Assembly (NCBI GenBank): GCA_902600895.1
Contig: CACKLF010000002.1
Location: forward strand, 11,030 to 75,029
Reading direction: 5' to 3'
DNA: 64,000 nt
DNA from: an uncultured Alphaproteobacteria bacterium
GTDB taxonomy: Bacteria > Pseudomonadota > Alphaproteobacteria > Rhodobacterales > Rhodobacteraceae
Position 1 is the stretch's first letter. Every line of letters starts with the position of its first letter. Positions 28,191 to 39,649 of this stretch are shown here, piece by piece. The position numbers and the translations under genes were made by a program. Below the pieces are notes generated by a model. That model was given only the letters and a program-made list of their open reading frames with translations, searched no databases and had not been told where the DNA came from.

Positions 28191-29318
28191 TTGGCAAATG
28201 CCTTGAAGACAATCCTGTTTTCGTTTCATAAAGAGATGGGGGGTAAAATGGTACCCTTCGCTGGTTATGAAATGCCTCTCCAATATAAATCAGGCATAAT
28301 GAAAGAGCATTTGTTTTGTCGAGAGTCTGCTGCTCTTTTTGATGTTAGCCATATGGGGCAGATTATATTGAGAGCCAAAAGTAAGGAAAAAAATGCAGTA
28401 GCCAAAAGTCTAGAGTCTCTCATCCCAATAGATTTAATTAATCTTCGTGAAAATAGACAGAGATATGGATTTCTACTTAATGATAAGGGTGGAATAATCG
28501 ATGATTTGATGATCTCAAATAGAGGTGAATATTTTATCATCGTAGCAAACGCTTCCAGAAAAGATATTGATTTTAAACTTTTGCAAGAAAAGCTCGGAGA
28601 TGAACTTGAAATAAAAATGTTAGCAGATAAAGCGCTTGTTGCAATCCAAGGACCTAAATCGGAAGAGGCTCTTAGTAAAATTTTTAATGGTATTTCAGAT
28701 ATGAGTTTTTTAGATGTAAATACATTCTTTTACGAAGGTCAGGCAGTTGAAATCTCCCGATCCGGATATACGGGTGAGGATGGTTTTGAAATATCAATAT
28801 CAAACAGTTTAGTGGAAAAATTTTCTCAGACTGTACTCGAAGATCCCAGTGTAAAACTTGCTGGTCTTGGAGCAAGGGACTCTCTTAGATTGGAAGGCTC
28901 CCTCTGTCTTTATGGGCAAGATATTTCTGAAGATATTTCCCCAATAGAGGCTGGCCTTGCCTGGGCAATTCAAAAATCCAGAAGAGAAGGTGGTGAAAGA
29001 GAAGGTAATTTCCCAGGATCCAATAACATACTGTCTCAAATAAAAAACGGTGTAGAAAAAAGACGTATTGGTTTAGCACCAGATGGCAAAGCTCCAATAA
29101 GGGCTGGGACAAAATTATTTAGCGATAAAAATGGCTCAGATTATATTGGAAGAGTGACTTCAGGTGGATATTCACCGTCTTTATCGAAGCCGATATCAAT
29201 GGCTTACATTTTTGGTGATGATAATACAAATGAGAACTTTTTTGCGGAAGTTAGAGGTGCATTCTTGCCGGTAAGGAAAGTGAAAATGCCCTTTATGAAT
29301 AATAATTTCAAAAGATAG
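28191..29318 (+). CDS. gcvT: Glycine cleavage system aminomethyltransferase (T protein)
   Basis: Homology starts at ..[28 protein letters not shown]. The TTG at 28191 is preceded by GGAGA at a proper spacing. The track ATG at 28134 would add about 19 non-conserved residues inside the riboswitch expression platform. The start is uncertain by a few codons. Confidence 0.9.
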   Translation: MANALKTILFSFHKEMGGKMVPFAGYEMPLQYKSGIMKEHLFCRESAALFDVSHMGQIILRAKSKEKNAVAKSLESLIPIDLINLRENRQRYGFLLNDKGGIIDDLMISNRGEYFIIVANASRKDIDFKLLQEKLGDELEIKMLADKALVAIQGPKSEEALSKIFNGISDMSFLDVNTFFYEGQAVEISRSGYTGEDGFEISISNSLVEKFSQTVLEDPSVKLAGLGARDSLRLEGSLCLYGQDISEDISPIEAGLAWAIQKSRREGGEREGNFPGSNNILSQIKNGVEKRRIGLAPDGKAPIRAGTKLFSDKNGSDYIGRVTSGGYSPSLSKPISMAYIFGDDNTNENFFAEVRGAFLPVRKVKMPFMNNNFKR

Positions 29319-29331
29319 TTGGGAGGAGAAT

Positions 29332-29691
29332 ATGAAATATACGGAAGAACATGAATGGCTTTTAAAGGAAGGAGAAACTGTAACTGTTGGAATTACAGAG
29401 CATGCCGCCAGTGAGCTAGGGGACCTTGTATTCATTGAATTGCCAGAACAAGGTATGAAAGTAGAAAAAAATCAAGAGATTGTGGTTATTGAGAGTGTTA
29501 AAGCTGCATCAGACATTATGGCTCCGTTGGATGGAGAGATAATAGAAGTTAATGCTGCAATTGTTGAAAACCCAACTCTGGTTAATGAAGATCCTACTGG
29601 AGAGGCATGGTTTTTTAAGATGAAATTAGACAAGCCTGATGAATATGACGAGCTATTAGATGAGTCTGAATACAAAGCATTAATTGGATAA
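29332..29691 (+). CDS. gcvH: Glycine cleavage system H protein
   Basis: 119 aa with the lipoyl-lysine motif [11 protein letters not shown]. Confidence 0.95.
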   Translation: MKYTEEHEWLLKEGETVTVGITEHAASELGDLVFIELPEQGMKVEKNQEIVVIESVKAASDIMAPLDGEIIEVNAAIVENPTLVNEDPTGEAWFFKMKLDKPDEYDELLDESEYKALIG

Positions 29692-29715
29692 AACAAGATA
29701 CTAAAAGGGGGAAGA

Positions 29716-32568
29716 ATGACTTTTGAACCAACCGAATATTTACCATACGATTTTGCAAACAGGAGGCATATAGGACCATCTCCGACAGAAATGGCTGAGA
29801 TGTTAAGTCTTCTTGGCGTTGATGACATAGATGAGCTCATTGATCAGACAATTCCAAAAAATATGAGGCAAAAAAACCCATTATCCTGGGAAAAACCAAG
29901 ATCTGAGAGAGAAATGCTTTTTCAAATGCGTGAAACTGCCAGAAAAAACAAGCATATGACGACTTTGATCGGACAGGGCTATTATGGAACTATTACTCCA
30001 CCTGCCATACAACGAAATATTTTAGAAAACCCAGCTTGGTACACCTCTTATACTCCTTATCAGCCAGAAATATCACAGGGAAGGTTGGAAGCATTGTTAA
30101 ATTTTCAAACCATGATTAGTGATCTCACTGGTCTTGAGATTGCAAACGCATCTCTTCTTGATGAGTCTACTGCATGCGCTGAAGCAATGACCATGGCTCA
30201 TAGAGTATCGAAAACTAAATCAAATGCCTTTTTCATCGATCACAAGTGTCACCCTCAAAATATAGAGGTGATGAAGACTCGAGCTGAACCACTTGGGTAT
30301 GAGATAATTGTTGGCAACCCAGAAACGGACCTTAACTATTCGCAAGTGTTTGGTGCGATATTTCAATACCCTGGTACTTTCGGTTTCTTAAGGGATTTTA
30401 CTCACTATATTGATGAGCTTCATAACAATCAGGCAATAGCAATCATTGCAGCTGATCCATTAGCTTTGACTTTACTGAAGGAGCCTGGTGCCATGGGTGC
30501 AGACATAGCCATTGGATCAACTCAAAGGTTTGGGGTACCTCAAGGTTTTGGGGGTCCTCACGCTGCATATATGGCAACCAAAGAACAATATAAGCGGTCA
30601 ATGCCAGGTAGAATAGTTGGCGTATCAGTTGATAGCAGGGGAAATAGAGCATATCGTCTAGCACTTCAGACAAGAGAGCAACATATTAGACGTGAAAAAG
30701 CCACAAGTAACGTGTGTACAGCACAGGCATTGTTAGCAGTTATGGCTTCATTTTACGCCGTTATGCACGGACCCGACGGTTTAAAAGCCATAGCTCAGCG
30801 AATTCATAGAAAGACCGTCCGTCTCGCAAGGGGCCTCGAATCGGTTGGTTTAAAAATTGAGCAGGAACATTTTTTCGATACTATTACTGTGGATGTAGGT
30901 TCGATGCAGAATGTGATAATTAACTCTGCTATTAATGAAAACATAAATCTTAGGCGAGTTGGAGAAACAAGAATTGGTATATCTTTGGACGAGAGAACCC
31001 GACCTGCGACAATAGAAGCAATTTGGCGAGCTTTTGGTATATATTTGAAAGACGAAGACCTTACACCGGAATATAGAATTCCTGACAGCCTTTTAAGAAC
31101 ATCTGATTTTTTGTCACATCCCGTATTTCATATGAATCGAGCAGAGAGTGAGATGACCAGGTACATGAGACGTCTAGTAGATCGTGACCTAGCTCTAGAT
31201 AGATCAATGATTCCATTGGGTTCATGTACGATGAAACTGAATGCGGCGGCAGAAATGTTACCATTGACATGGCCAGAATTGTCACAAGTCCACCCCTTTG
31301 TTCCAAAAGACCAAGCTTTGGGATATAAAGAAATGATAGAAGATCTGTCAAAAAAGCTCTGTGATATTACAGGCTATGATTCGATATCGATGCAGTCAAA
31401 TTCAGGTGCGCAAGGAGAATATGCTGGCTTATTAACTATTAATGCATATCATAAGGCGAGAGGGGAAGAACATAGGAACATATGTCTGATTCCAGTCTCT
31501 GCACATGGAACCAACCCAGCTTCTGCTCAGATGGCTGGTTTGAATGTGGTAGCCGTAAAAACATCAGAAAATGGTGATATAGACCTTGATGACTTCAAAG
31601 CTAAGGCAAAGAAGCATGAAGAGAATCTCTCTTCTTGTATGATAACTTACCCTTCCACTCATGGAGTATTTGAAAGTACCGTAAAAGAAGTTTGTAGTAT
31701 TACTCATCAATTTGGTGGGCAGGTATATCTTGATGGGGCAAACTTAAATGCAATGGTTGGTTTAGTTAAGCCAGGAGAGCTAGGAGCTGATGTAAGTCAT
31801 TTAAACTTACATAAGACTTTTGCCATTCCTCACGGTGGTGGTGGGCCAGGAATGGGACCAATTGGAGTAAAAAAGCATTTGGAGGCGTATTTGCCGGGCC
31901 ACCCTATGACTGATAAAAAACCTGGGGCTATTTCAGCAGCTCCTTTTGGATCTGGCTCTATTCTTGCCATATCATGGAGCTATTGTTTGATGATGGGTGG
32001 AAGTGGTCTTACACAAGCAACTAGGGTAGCAATACTCAATGCAAATTATATTGCAAAAAGACTTAGTTCCGTTTACCCAATACTCTACAAGGGTCCCAAG
32101 GAAAGGATAGCACATGAGTGCATAATCGATGTAAGACCTATGACTGCTGATACTGGTGTTACTGTAGATGATATAGCTAAGAGGCTAGTTGATTGTGGGT
32201 TTCATGCTCCTACCATGAGCTTTCCAGTGGCTGGTACTTTAATGATAGAACCGACGGAGAGTGAAACAAAGGCAGAACTGGATCGATTCTGTGATGCAAT
32301 GATTGCAATTTATCAGGAATCAGAAGACATAAAGTCAGGAAGAGTTGATAAAGGTAATAATCCATTAAAAAATGCGCCTCACACTGTTGAAGATTTAGTT
32401 GGAGAATGGGATCGACCATATACTAGAGAACAGGCTTGCTTTCCGCCAGGAGCATTTAGAGTTGATAAGTATTGGCCTCCTGTTAATCGAGTGGATAATG
32501 CTTACGGGGACAGAAATTTGATATGCATTTGTCCGCCTATGGAAGAGTATTTGGAAGCGGCAGAGTAG
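29716..32568 (+). CDS. gcvP: Glycine dehydrogenase (decarboxylating), single-chain P protein
   Basis: 950 aa with the PLP-lysine motif [19 protein letters not shown]. It follows gcvT-gcvH. Confidence 0.95.
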   Translation: MTFEPTEYLPYDFANRRHIGPSPTEMAEMLSLLGVDDIDELIDQTIPKNMRQKNPLSWEKPRSEREMLFQMRETARKNKHMTTLIGQGYYGTITPPAIQRNILENPAWYTSYTPYQPEISQGRLEALLNFQTMISDLTGLEIANASLLDESTACAEAMTMAHRVSKTKSNAFFIDHKCHPQNIEVMKTRAEPLGYEIIVGNPETDLNYSQVFGAIFQYPGTFGFLRDFTHYIDELHNNQAIAIIAADPLALTLLKEPGAMGADIAIGSTQRFGVPQGFGGPHAAYMATKEQYKRSMPGRIVGVSVDSRGNRAYRLALQTREQHIRREKATSNVCTAQALLAVMASFYAVMHGPDGLKAIAQRIHRKTVRLARGLESVGLKIEQEHFFDTITVDVGSMQNVIINSAINENINLRRVGETRIGISLDERTRPATIEAIWRAFGIYLKDEDLTPEYRIPDSLLRTSDFLSHPVFHMNRAESEMTRYMRRLVDRDLALDRSMIPLGSCTMKLNAAAEMLPLTWPELSQVHPFVPKDQALGYKEMIEDLSKKLCDITGYDSISMQSNSGAQGEYAGLLTINAYHKARGEEHRNICLIPVSAHGTNPASAQMAGLNVVAVKTSENGDIDLDDFKAKAKKHEENLSSCMITYPSTHGVFESTVKEVCSITHQFGGQVYLDGANLNAMVGLVKPGELGADVSHLNLHKTFAIPHGGGGPGMGPIGVKKHLEAYLPGHPMTDKKPGAISAAPFGSGSILAISWSYCLMMGGSGLTQATRVAILNANYIAKRLSSVYPILYKGPKERIAHECIIDVRPMTADTGVTVDDIAKRLVDCGFHAPTMSFPVAGTLMIEPTESETKAELDRFCDAMIAIYQESEDIKSGRVDKGNNPLKNAPHTVEDLVGEWDRPYTREQACFPPGAFRVDKYWPPVNRVDNAYGDRNLICICPPMEEYLEAAE

Positions 32569-33092
32569 TTTTGAGATAAAGTCACCTGATCCTGAAAGCT
32601 CAGAAATAGTTTTTCAAGTTATTTGGGTGAGGATATATCTATGGTCATATGGTCGATATGGGTTTTTCTTAAGGTAATATCCTGTTCTAAGAAAAGTTTA
32701 TGGGAAACTCAAAAGCGAAAACAAGACTTGTGAATATTTAATTTCAACCAAACGGGTTTTGGTTCGGCTCTTGAAACTACTTCTGATAAAGTAATTTTTG
32801 AAACAGCTGGAATAAACTCTTTATAGAAAAGTATCATGGCTTAGATTTACTAATTCCACCAGTAGAAGATTTGGATTATGGATTATTTCTGAGTTTTTTA
32901 TTTTAAAATATTAATGATCTTGAGCCACCTTTAAAAAGACATTTTAACCTGTATTGTCATGGACTCCATAAATCTAATGAGTAAATTTATAGAAAAACTA
33001 CCGAAAACAATCCATGAAATAATTGAACTTTAGGTTGCTAATTTATTTAACTTGTTAATTATGTATATAGGTTAATACAAGCGGAGAGTTGG

Positions 33093-34289
33093 ATGGCTGG
33101 GCCTTTAGAAGGAGTAAAAATATTAGACCTAACAGCAATGATATCAGGGCCAACAACAACAATGATTCTGGCTGATCAGGGAGCAAAAGTGATCAAAATA
33201 GAGAACCCTAGGTTAGGAGATTATACTAGAATAGTCTCTACAAATAGAAACGGTTTCTCTGCTGCATTTTTGAATAATAATCGGAATAAACACTCCGTGA
33301 CAATTAACCTTAAAGAGAAGGATGGTGTGGAACTCTTAAAAAACATGGTAAAGAAGAGTGATGTCTTCATTCAGAATTTCAGACCTGGCGTTGTTGAGCG
33401 AATGGGGCTGGGAGAAAAAGTTTTGAGAGATCTAAATCCATCATTAGTTTATGTGTCCATATCCGGTTTTGGTTTTTCTGGGCCATATTCAAAAAAACCA
33501 GTTTATGATCCACTTGTTCAGGCATTATCAGGTCTTGCGACGGTTCAGGCGGGCTCTGACACAGAGAGGCCCAGATTGGTTAGAACGATCCTACCTGATA
33601 AGCTTACAGGTTATGCCACAGCCCAAGCAATATGTTCCAGCCTTTATCGGACGCTGAGATCAGGAAAAGGAGACCATATTAAAGTTTCAATGCTAGATAC
33701 GGTATTATCATTCTTGTGGGGTTCAGATATGGGTGGGCATACATTTGTTGGGGATGAATATGAAGCAGAAACTGCCCAAAGTTTTATTGATTTAATTTAT
33801 GAAACTGCTGATGGATTTATTAGCGTAGCTGTTCAATCAGATAAAGAATGGGCTGCTTTGTGTAATGCTTTTCAAAGAAAAAATTTAATCAAAGATAAAA
33901 GATTTTTAACAGCAGAGTTGAGACATAAAAACATCAATGATCGATTAGAAATTACACAAGAAGTGCTGAAGACAAAAAAAGCGGATGAATGGCTTGATCT
34001 TCTTACACGGCTAGACGTGCCATGTGCTCCAGTGCTGACAAGAAAAGAGGCCATAAAACATTCTCAAGTAATTAGTAACAAGTCGATTATGGAAATGAAT
34101 CACTCAAAGGCAGGTAAAATACGGCAGTGTGTACCATCCCCAAGATTTTCTAGATTTCCAATGAAATTTATAAAAGAAGCACCTGGCCTTGGTGCTGATA
34201 CAGAAAAAGTTCTTTCCGATTTTGGTGTGTCTAAGAAAAAGATAAAAAGCTTACTTCAAAGAAATGTAATCTCATCACTTAAGATATGA
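33093..34289 (+). CDS. Family III CoA-transferase (CaiB/BaiF type)
   Basis: N-terminal GPLEGVKILDLTAMISGPTTTMILADQGAKVIKIE signature. 398 aa. Confidence 0.85.
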   Translation: MAGPLEGVKILDLTAMISGPTTTMILADQGAKVIKIENPRLGDYTRIVSTNRNGFSAAFLNNNRNKHSVTINLKEKDGVELLKNMVKKSDVFIQNFRPGVVERMGLGEKVLRDLNPSLVYVSISGFGFSGPYSKKPVYDPLVQALSGLATVQAGSDTERPRLVRTILPDKLTGYATAQAICSSLYRTLRSGKGDHIKVSMLDTVLSFLWGSDMGGHTFVGDEYEAETAQSFIDLIYETADGFISVAVQSDKEWAALCNAFQRKNLIKDKRFLTAELRHKNINDRLEITQEVLKTKKADEWLDLLTRLDVPCAPVLTRKEAIKHSQVISNKSIMEMNHSKAGKIRQCVPSPRFSRFPMKFIKEAPGLGADTEKVLSDFGVSKKKIKSLLQRNVISSLKI

Positions 34290-34299
34290 ATATTTAAGA

Positions 34300-34932
34300 A
34301 TGACAAAACCAATAGACTTTTACTACTCACCGACACCAAACGGTTGGAAAATTAGTATTATGCTTGAAGAGTGTAAATTGAATTACAACACTATATTAAT
34401 GGATCTAAATAAAGGAGATCAATTTCACCCAGACTTTCTGAGAATTAGTCCTAACAATAGAATGCCGGCTATAATTGATTATGAGACAAAAGAGCCTATA
34501 ACTATTTTTGAGTCTGGTGCTATTTTGTTGTACCTAGCTGAGAAGACAAAAAAGTTTATGCCAAAATCAAAACTGGGCAGAAAACGGGTTTTGGAGTGGC
34601 TTTTCTGGCAAGTGGGAAATTTAGGCCCGATGGGTGGTCAACATAGTCATTTTTGGAATTATGCACCTGTGTCAGAAAGGGAAAGTTACGCAGCTAGAAG
34701 GTATGCAGAAGAGTATGACCGATGCCTTGAGGTACTCGAGCGACAATTAGAGAGTAGGGATTATCTAGTGGATGAGTATTCCATAGCTGATATTATTTGT
34801 TGGCCCTGGATTTTGATAGCTAAGGCCATGGGAAGATCACTTGAGCCTTACCCTAACGTTACCAAATGGCGCCAAATGGTGAAAGAAAGGCCTGCGGTAA
34901 GGAAAGGTGTAGATTTAATGCGTCAAAAATAA
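34300..34932 (+). CDS. Glutathione S-transferase (Nu-class, YfcG-like)
   Basis: 210 aa. The N-terminus (YSPTPNGWKISIMLEE), the NPNNRMPAI-type segment (SPNNRMPAIID) and ESGAILLYLAEK are typical of YfcG/YghU-like GSTs. Confidence 0.8.
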   Translation: MTKPIDFYYSPTPNGWKISIMLEECKLNYNTILMDLNKGDQFHPDFLRISPNNRMPAIIDYETKEPITIFESGAILLYLAEKTKKFMPKSKLGRKRVLEWLFWQVGNLGPMGGQHSHFWNYAPVSERESYAARRYAEEYDRCLEVLERQLESRDYLVDEYSIADIICWPWILIAKAMGRSLEPYPNVTKWRQMVKERPAVRKGVDLMRQK

Positions 34933-34940
34933 AAAGAAAT

Positions 34941-35582
34941 CTAAGTCTGATTTGGCTTTAGCATATCAGGATGAGCCTTAATAAAGGCTAAGTTTTTCTC
35001 ACATTCTTCCACAACTAAATTAATTCTGTCGAAATTCGATATATCTATATCCCACCTTTTAGCATTGTAAATCTGTGGCATAAGACAAATATCAGCTATA
35101 GTAGGGTTTTCATTAAAACAGTATGTTGACTTGGGCAATGCCTTCAATTGAATTTCAAATGCCTCAAGACCTGGCCTCATGAATTGATGTATCCATTTCT
35201 TTTTATAGTTCTTTTCTCCTGAGATTCTTTCTGCTTCAGAGGAAACTGATAAATTGCAAATGGGATGAATATCTAAAGCTATGGTATGCGCTAAAGCATT
35301 TACTTTTGCTCTATCGATAGCGTTTTTAGGAAATAAGTTTAGGCTTCTAGTATCATTTAAATATTCAATTATAGTAAGTGACTGAGTAAGCATTTGACCG
35401 TCAATATTAATGACTGGGACAAAGGTTTGCGGGTTGCGCTGAACATGTTCCTTAGATTTGTGGTGAGCTTGAGATAAGTCAATCGGTATGCTTTCGAAAT
35501 CTAACCCAGCAATGTTAAGTGCAATTCTGACCCTGTAGCTGGCGGAAGATCTCCAATAATCATAAAGTGTAATAATCGGCAT
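34941..35582 (-). CDS. maiA: Maleylacetoacetate isomerase (zeta-class GST)
   Basis: 213 aa. LYDYWRSSASYRVRIALN zeta-class signature. It is the last gene of the hmgA-fahA operon. Confidence 0.85.
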   Translation of the reverse strand: MPIITLYDYWRSSASYRVRIALNIAGLDFESIPIDLSQAHHKSKEHVQRNPQTFVPVINIDGQMLTQSLTIIEYLNDTRSLNLFPKNAIDRAKVNALAHTIALDIHPICNLSVSSEAERISGEKNYKKKWIHQFMRPGLEAFEIQLKALPKSTYCFNENPTIADICLMPQIYNAKRWDIDISNFDRINLVVEECEKNLAFIKAHPDMLKPNQT

Positions 35583-35585
35583 TCC

Positions 35586-35780
35586 TTATTTCTCTTTTGC
35601 CATCTCGATAGCTTCTTCTAGTATTCTCTCATCTCCAATGTGGTTGGCAAGGATAAGAATTAGACGAGAGTTAAAATTTTCACTTTCTTCATCACTTAAG
35701 CCATCGTGTGCGGCTAAAAGCTTTGAATAAAAATCATCACAATTTTTGATGTTTGCATTTAGTTTAATATTCCTCATCAA
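35586..35780 (-). CDS. DUF2783-like small protein
   Basis: 64 aa. The DDFYSKLLAAHDGLSDEES..FNSRLILILANHIGDE pattern matches my recollection of DUF2783, which commonly follows MhpA-like monooxygenases. ATGA overlap with the upstream monooxygenase gene. Confidence 0.6.
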   Translation of the reverse strand: MMRNIKLNANIKNCDDFYSKLLAAHDGLSDEESENFNSRLILILANHIGDERILEEAIEMAKEK

Positions 35781-37384
35781 TTACCCATTGCTGTACAAAT
35801 AGCTTTTTTTATGGAATTTGCATCAAAAAATGGCCAGCGTGCTGCTATGTGCTGATCAGGTCGAATTAGATATATCGCCTCCTTATATTCTCCCAAAAAT
35901 CTATCAAAAATGAAATCACGATTACTTGAGTCCTCTTGGATATTGATTATTTTTACATCTACTGGGAAACTTCCCTTGTCTATTTTAGTTTCAGTGTTGA
36001 AGCAAAAGATGCAAAAGCCCTTTCCTGTTTTATTTAATAAAAAACCATCCTTTAAAGGTAAGTCAGGACAGGGGGCGCCAACACGCGATCTTCTGGGCTC
36101 GTTCATGTGATCTGAAGAATTTAACATTGATCCATCGTAGGTTGTTGGCGTAGACAGCCTGCCAGAATTTACTAGAGGTCGAGCAAATTCATATTTTTCA
36201 GAAAGTGCAAGAACAGCGTTTCGAAACCTCATACTGGCCTTAGATTTTGGAGTTATAAAATCAGTTGATCTTGATGAATTAAGGATATTCTCGTCAGCTG
36301 CCATGACTCTTTCATAGTTATAGGTGTCAAGCAAACTCTCTGGCGAACTCCCGTCAAGGACAAGTTTCAATTTCCAGCAAAGATTGTCAGCATCCTGTAC
36401 TCCTGAATTAGCACCTCTAGCACCAAACGGGGAAACTTGATGGGCACTGTCTCCAGCAAATAAAATGCGTCCATGCTTGAACTTTTCCATTTTCATACAT
36501 TGAAAAGTGTAGATACTTACCCACTCTAAGTTGAAGTTTAGCTCCTCACCCAGCATAGCTTTTAATCTCGGTATAACATTTTCTTTCTTTTTTTCTTCCT
36601 CTTTATCTATGTCCCATCCAAGCTGAAGATCAATTCTCCAAACCCCATCTGGTTGTTTGTGAAGCAATGCTGATTGGCCTTTATTAAAGGATGGGTCAAA
36701 CCAAAACCTTCTTTCAGTTGGAAAATCCACATCCATAGTGACATCAGCTATCAAAAAGTTGTCTTCAAAAATTTGACCTTCAAAGTCAAGTCCTAAGGAT
36801 GATCTTACGGTGCTGCGCGGACCATCGCATGCCACGAGCCAATCACAAGAAAGAGAGTAAATACCATCTGGGGTTTCGATATCAAGCAAAACTTGATTTT
36901 TTTGGGCTGTAACTTTTTGAACCTTATTTTTTCCTCTAATTTCTACAGGATGTCCTTCGCCTTGTAGTTGCCTAATCCTTTCCACTAAATATTCTTCAAC
37001 ATAATATTGCTGAAGATTAATAAATGCTGGGTATTCATGACCTTCTTCTGGTAGGAGATTAAATTCATAAATTTTCCTGTTTTCAAATAGAACTTTACCA
37101 AGGTTCCATACAACACCTTTCTCAAGCATTTTTTTTCCAACCCCTAACCTATCAGAAATTTCTAAAGTTCTTTTAGAAACGCATATAGCTCTGCTACCAC
37201 TACTTACTTTTTCACTTTCATCTATCACTGTAACTTTAACTCCATGAAGAGTTAAATCAATTGCCGCACATAATCCAACTGGACCCGCTCCTACAATTAC
37301 TACTCTGTGGTGGCTGGGATTTTTAAAATCCTGATCAACCATCTTTTTGTATTTGTAGAGTATTTTTTCAAAATTTTCGCTCAA
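35777..37384 (-). CDS. FAD-dependent aromatic-ring monooxygenase (MhpA/PheA-TfdB group)
   Basis: 535 aa. GxGxxG motif (VVIVGAGPVGLCAAIDL), DG motif (LVACDGPRSTVR), GD motif (ILFAGDSAHQVSPFGARGANSGVQDADNLCWKL) and a C-terminal thioredoxin-like extension. Confidence 0.8.
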   Translation of the reverse strand: MSENFEKILYKYKKMVDQDFKNPSHHRVVIVGAGPVGLCAAIDLTLHGVKVTVIDESEKVSSGSRAICVSKRTLEISDRLGVGKKMLEKGVVWNLGKVLFENRKIYEFNLLPEEGHEYPAFINLQQYYVEEYLVERIRQLQGEGHPVEIRGKNKVQKVTAQKNQVLLDIETPDGIYSLSCDWLVACDGPRSTVRSSLGLDFEGQIFEDNFLIADVTMDVDFPTERRFWFDPSFNKGQSALLHKQPDGVWRIDLQLGWDIDKEEEKKKENVIPRLKAMLGEELNFNLEWVSIYTFQCMKMEKFKHGRILFAGDSAHQVSPFGARGANSGVQDADNLCWKLKLVLDGSSPESLLDTYNYERVMAADENILNSSRSTDFITPKSKASMRFRNAVLALSEKYEFARPLVNSGRLSTPTTYDGSMLNSSDHMNEPRRSRVGAPCPDLPLKDGFLLNKTGKGFCIFCFNTETKIDKGSFPVDVKIINIQEDSSNRDFIFDRFLGEYKEAIYLIRPDQHIAARWPFFDANSIKKAICTAMGN

Positions 37385-37418
37385 TTCTTTCCCTTTTTAA
37401 TTGGCAATCAGACTATTT

Positions 37419-38369
37419 TTAACTTTGAAGCTCATCCCACATATCTAAGTCCCTTTTATCTGTCCAAATTCTTGGGTGATCAATTCCTCGAGCCTCATCA
37501 AACGCTCTGGAAACATTAAATGGTAAGCAGTGTTCATATATAGCATAATCAGAGAATTTTTTATCACAACGTTCTCTTACTAAATCCCAGGCATCTTTAA
37601 GTGATCCATTTTTAGCGGCTACGCTAGCCACTGGATTGTATGTGCTTTGAACAAAATCTCTTGTACATTCAATTGCTTCATTAACTAATGAATTTCCAAT
37701 CAAGGCATCCCCTCTGCCTGGCGCTATTGCAGTGACTTTATAGTTTTTTATCTGGTCAAGAGTTTTGCCCCAATCAGAAAAGTGACCATCTCCACAGTAA
37801 CAAGCAGATTTATATTCTACTATATCGCCAGTGAACATTACATTCTCATCAGGTACGTGAATAACAATATCGCCAGCAGTGTGGGCTCTCCCAAGATGAA
37901 CTAGATCAATTTTTCTGTTTCCCAAATAGACTGTCATTGATTGACGAAAGGTTGTAGTAGGCCAGGTGAGTCCAGGGATTTCCTCATGACCCTGAAACAA
38001 TCTTGGGAAGCGCTGAAACTCACTATCCCAGTCTTCTTGGCCACGCTCAACAACCATTGATCTAGCAGTATCGGACATTATTATCTCTTTGGCTCTATAT
38101 GTTGATGCTCCTAGAACCCTTACGGCATGGTAGTGTGTTAGTACTAAATGGCTAATAGGTTTGTCTGTAACTTTTCTTATTTCGCTCACTACTTTTCTAG
38201 CAAGTAAAGGAGTAGCTTGAGCTTCAACTACCATTACACTTTCGTCACCAATAATCACACCAGAATTTGGGTCTCCTTCAGCGGTGAATGCAAAGAGACC
38301 ATCTCCAATTTCAGTGAAGCTAATTTTTTTTTCAGTGAGATCGTTTTGGGAGGCAAATTTTTTTGTCAT
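37419..38369 (-). CDS. Metallo-beta-lactamase-fold protein with a degenerate HxHxDH motif
   Basis: 316 aa with MBL-fold order. The canonical HxHxDH reads THYHAVRV, so the Asp-His pair is missing. A later GRAHTAGD His is present. Its ATG shares one base with the fahA stop (TAATG). Confidence 0.6.
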   Translation of the reverse strand: MTKKFASQNDLTEKKISFTEIGDGLFAFTAEGDPNSGVIIGDESVMVVEAQATPLLARKVVSEIRKVTDKPISHLVLTHYHAVRVLGASTYRAKEIIMSDTARSMVVERGQEDWDSEFQRFPRLFQGHEEIPGLTWPTTTFRQSMTVYLGNRKIDLVHLGRAHTAGDIVIHVPDENVMFTGDIVEYKSACYCGDGHFSDWGKTLDQIKNYKVTAIAPGRGDALIGNSLVNEAIECTRDFVQSTYNPVASVAAKNGSLKDAWDLVRERCDKKFSDYAIYEHCLPFNVSRAFDEARGIDHPRIWTDKRDLDMWDELQS

Positions 38370-39622
38370 TATTTTTCCTTTGCAAATTCATTTTTTGCCG
38401 GAATAACCTCTCCGACACAATCTCCAAAGCCAATGGAGTATGTTGAGGTAGTGCATCTTCCCTGCAAAATTATTTTATCCTGATCTTCGAGAAAAGTTCT
38501 TTGTTCACCATTTGACAGTAATATTGGCTCTTTCCCTCCCCAACTTAGCTCAAGCATGCTACCCCTTTGATTCTTATTCGGTCCAGAAATGGTGCCAGAC
38601 CCAATCAAATCACATACATTCATGGGGCACCCACTTGAAGAATGGTGTGCTATTTGTTGTGCAGCCGAATAGTAGAGCTGATTAAAATTGGTAACTGCCA
38701 CTATTTCTTCCTCTGATTTTTGAGTTTTCAGAAGTACATTCAATTCAATGTTGTAGAGCATTGGCTTAGTATCCCTAAGGTAAGGAAGAAGCTCATACTC
38801 TCTTTTTGGCGTTGAACACCTAAATGGTTCAAGCGCATGTTTGGTAACTATCCATGGACTTATACTTGTGGCTGTTGCTTTGGCTTGAAATGGCCCAAGA
38901 GGAACATACTCCCATGCTTGAATATCTCTGGCTGACCAATCATTGAGTATAACGTATCCAAAAATCATTTCATCAGCCTCGTCTACAGACATAGGTTGAC
39001 TACTGTTCATTCCTAAAATGGCTCCCATTTCTAACTCAAAATCAAATCTGCGACTTGGTAAAAATTTTGGAGTATCAAAATCTGGTCCTTTCAATTGTCC
39101 ATAGGGGCGTCTAATTTTTGTTCCAGAAACAACAACGGAGGATGCTCTTCCATTATAGCCAATAGGCATATGGAGCCAATTGGGAGGTAAAGCATTTTCG
39201 GGACCCCTAAACATTGTACCAACATTCTCGGCGTGATTTCTTCCGGAATAGAAATCAGTGTACTCGGCGACTTTAATAGGAAGGTGCATTTTAACTTCAG
39301 ATGCTTTGTACATCATAACAGAAATATTATCTTGATAGTAGCTACCTTTCGACAAGAACTGAGTTAATATTTTTCTAAGTTCATCCCATTTCGACTTACC
39401 AAGTTCTATAAAGCTATTCCAACAATTACTTTTGAGTGTTCCATTGAATTCAATATAGCCTCTCATTTCGAGTTGGCTCAAATCCAGCACCATATTTCCG
39501 ATCCTTACGCCACATCTGGGTTCATTATCATTTATCGAAAATATTCCATAAGGCAGGTTATTGAGGGGGAAATGGGTGTCAACTGTGTTAGCGCTTTCAA
39601 CCCAACTTGGCATCAATGACAA
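38369..39622 (-). CDS. fahA: Fumarylacetoacetase
   Basis: 417 aa. N-terminal FPLNNLPYGIFS and C-terminal FAH-fold motifs (GYVILNDWSARDIQ, GDLIGSGTISG). Confidence 0.9.
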   Translation of the reverse strand: MSLMPSWVESANTVDTHFPLNNLPYGIFSINDNEPRCGVRIGNMVLDLSQLEMRGYIEFNGTLKSNCWNSFIELGKSKWDELRKILTQFLSKGSYYQDNISVMMYKASEVKMHLPIKVAEYTDFYSGRNHAENVGTMFRGPENALPPNWLHMPIGYNGRASSVVVSGTKIRRPYGQLKGPDFDTPKFLPSRRFDFELEMGAILGMNSSQPMSVDEADEMIFGYVILNDWSARDIQAWEYVPLGPFQAKATATSISPWIVTKHALEPFRCSTPKREYELLPYLRDTKPMLYNIELNVLLKTQKSEEEIVAVTNFNQLYYSAAQQIAHHSSSGCPMNVCDLIGSGTISGPNKNQRGSMLELSWGGKEPILLSNGEQRTFLEDQDKIILQGRCTTSTYSIGFGDCVGEVIPAKNEFAKEK

Positions 39623-39649
39623 AATTCATCTCCTTTATCCTAGTTTTTA

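Noticed and set aside
32709-32837. A 42-codon minus-strand ORF in the long gcvP-downstream spacer, which can be extended through a TGA to about 73 codons.
   Set aside because: It is too short, has no recognisable motif or ribosome-binding site, and has no CxxU-type context at the TGA. It is mentioned only within the spacer finding, not called as a gene.
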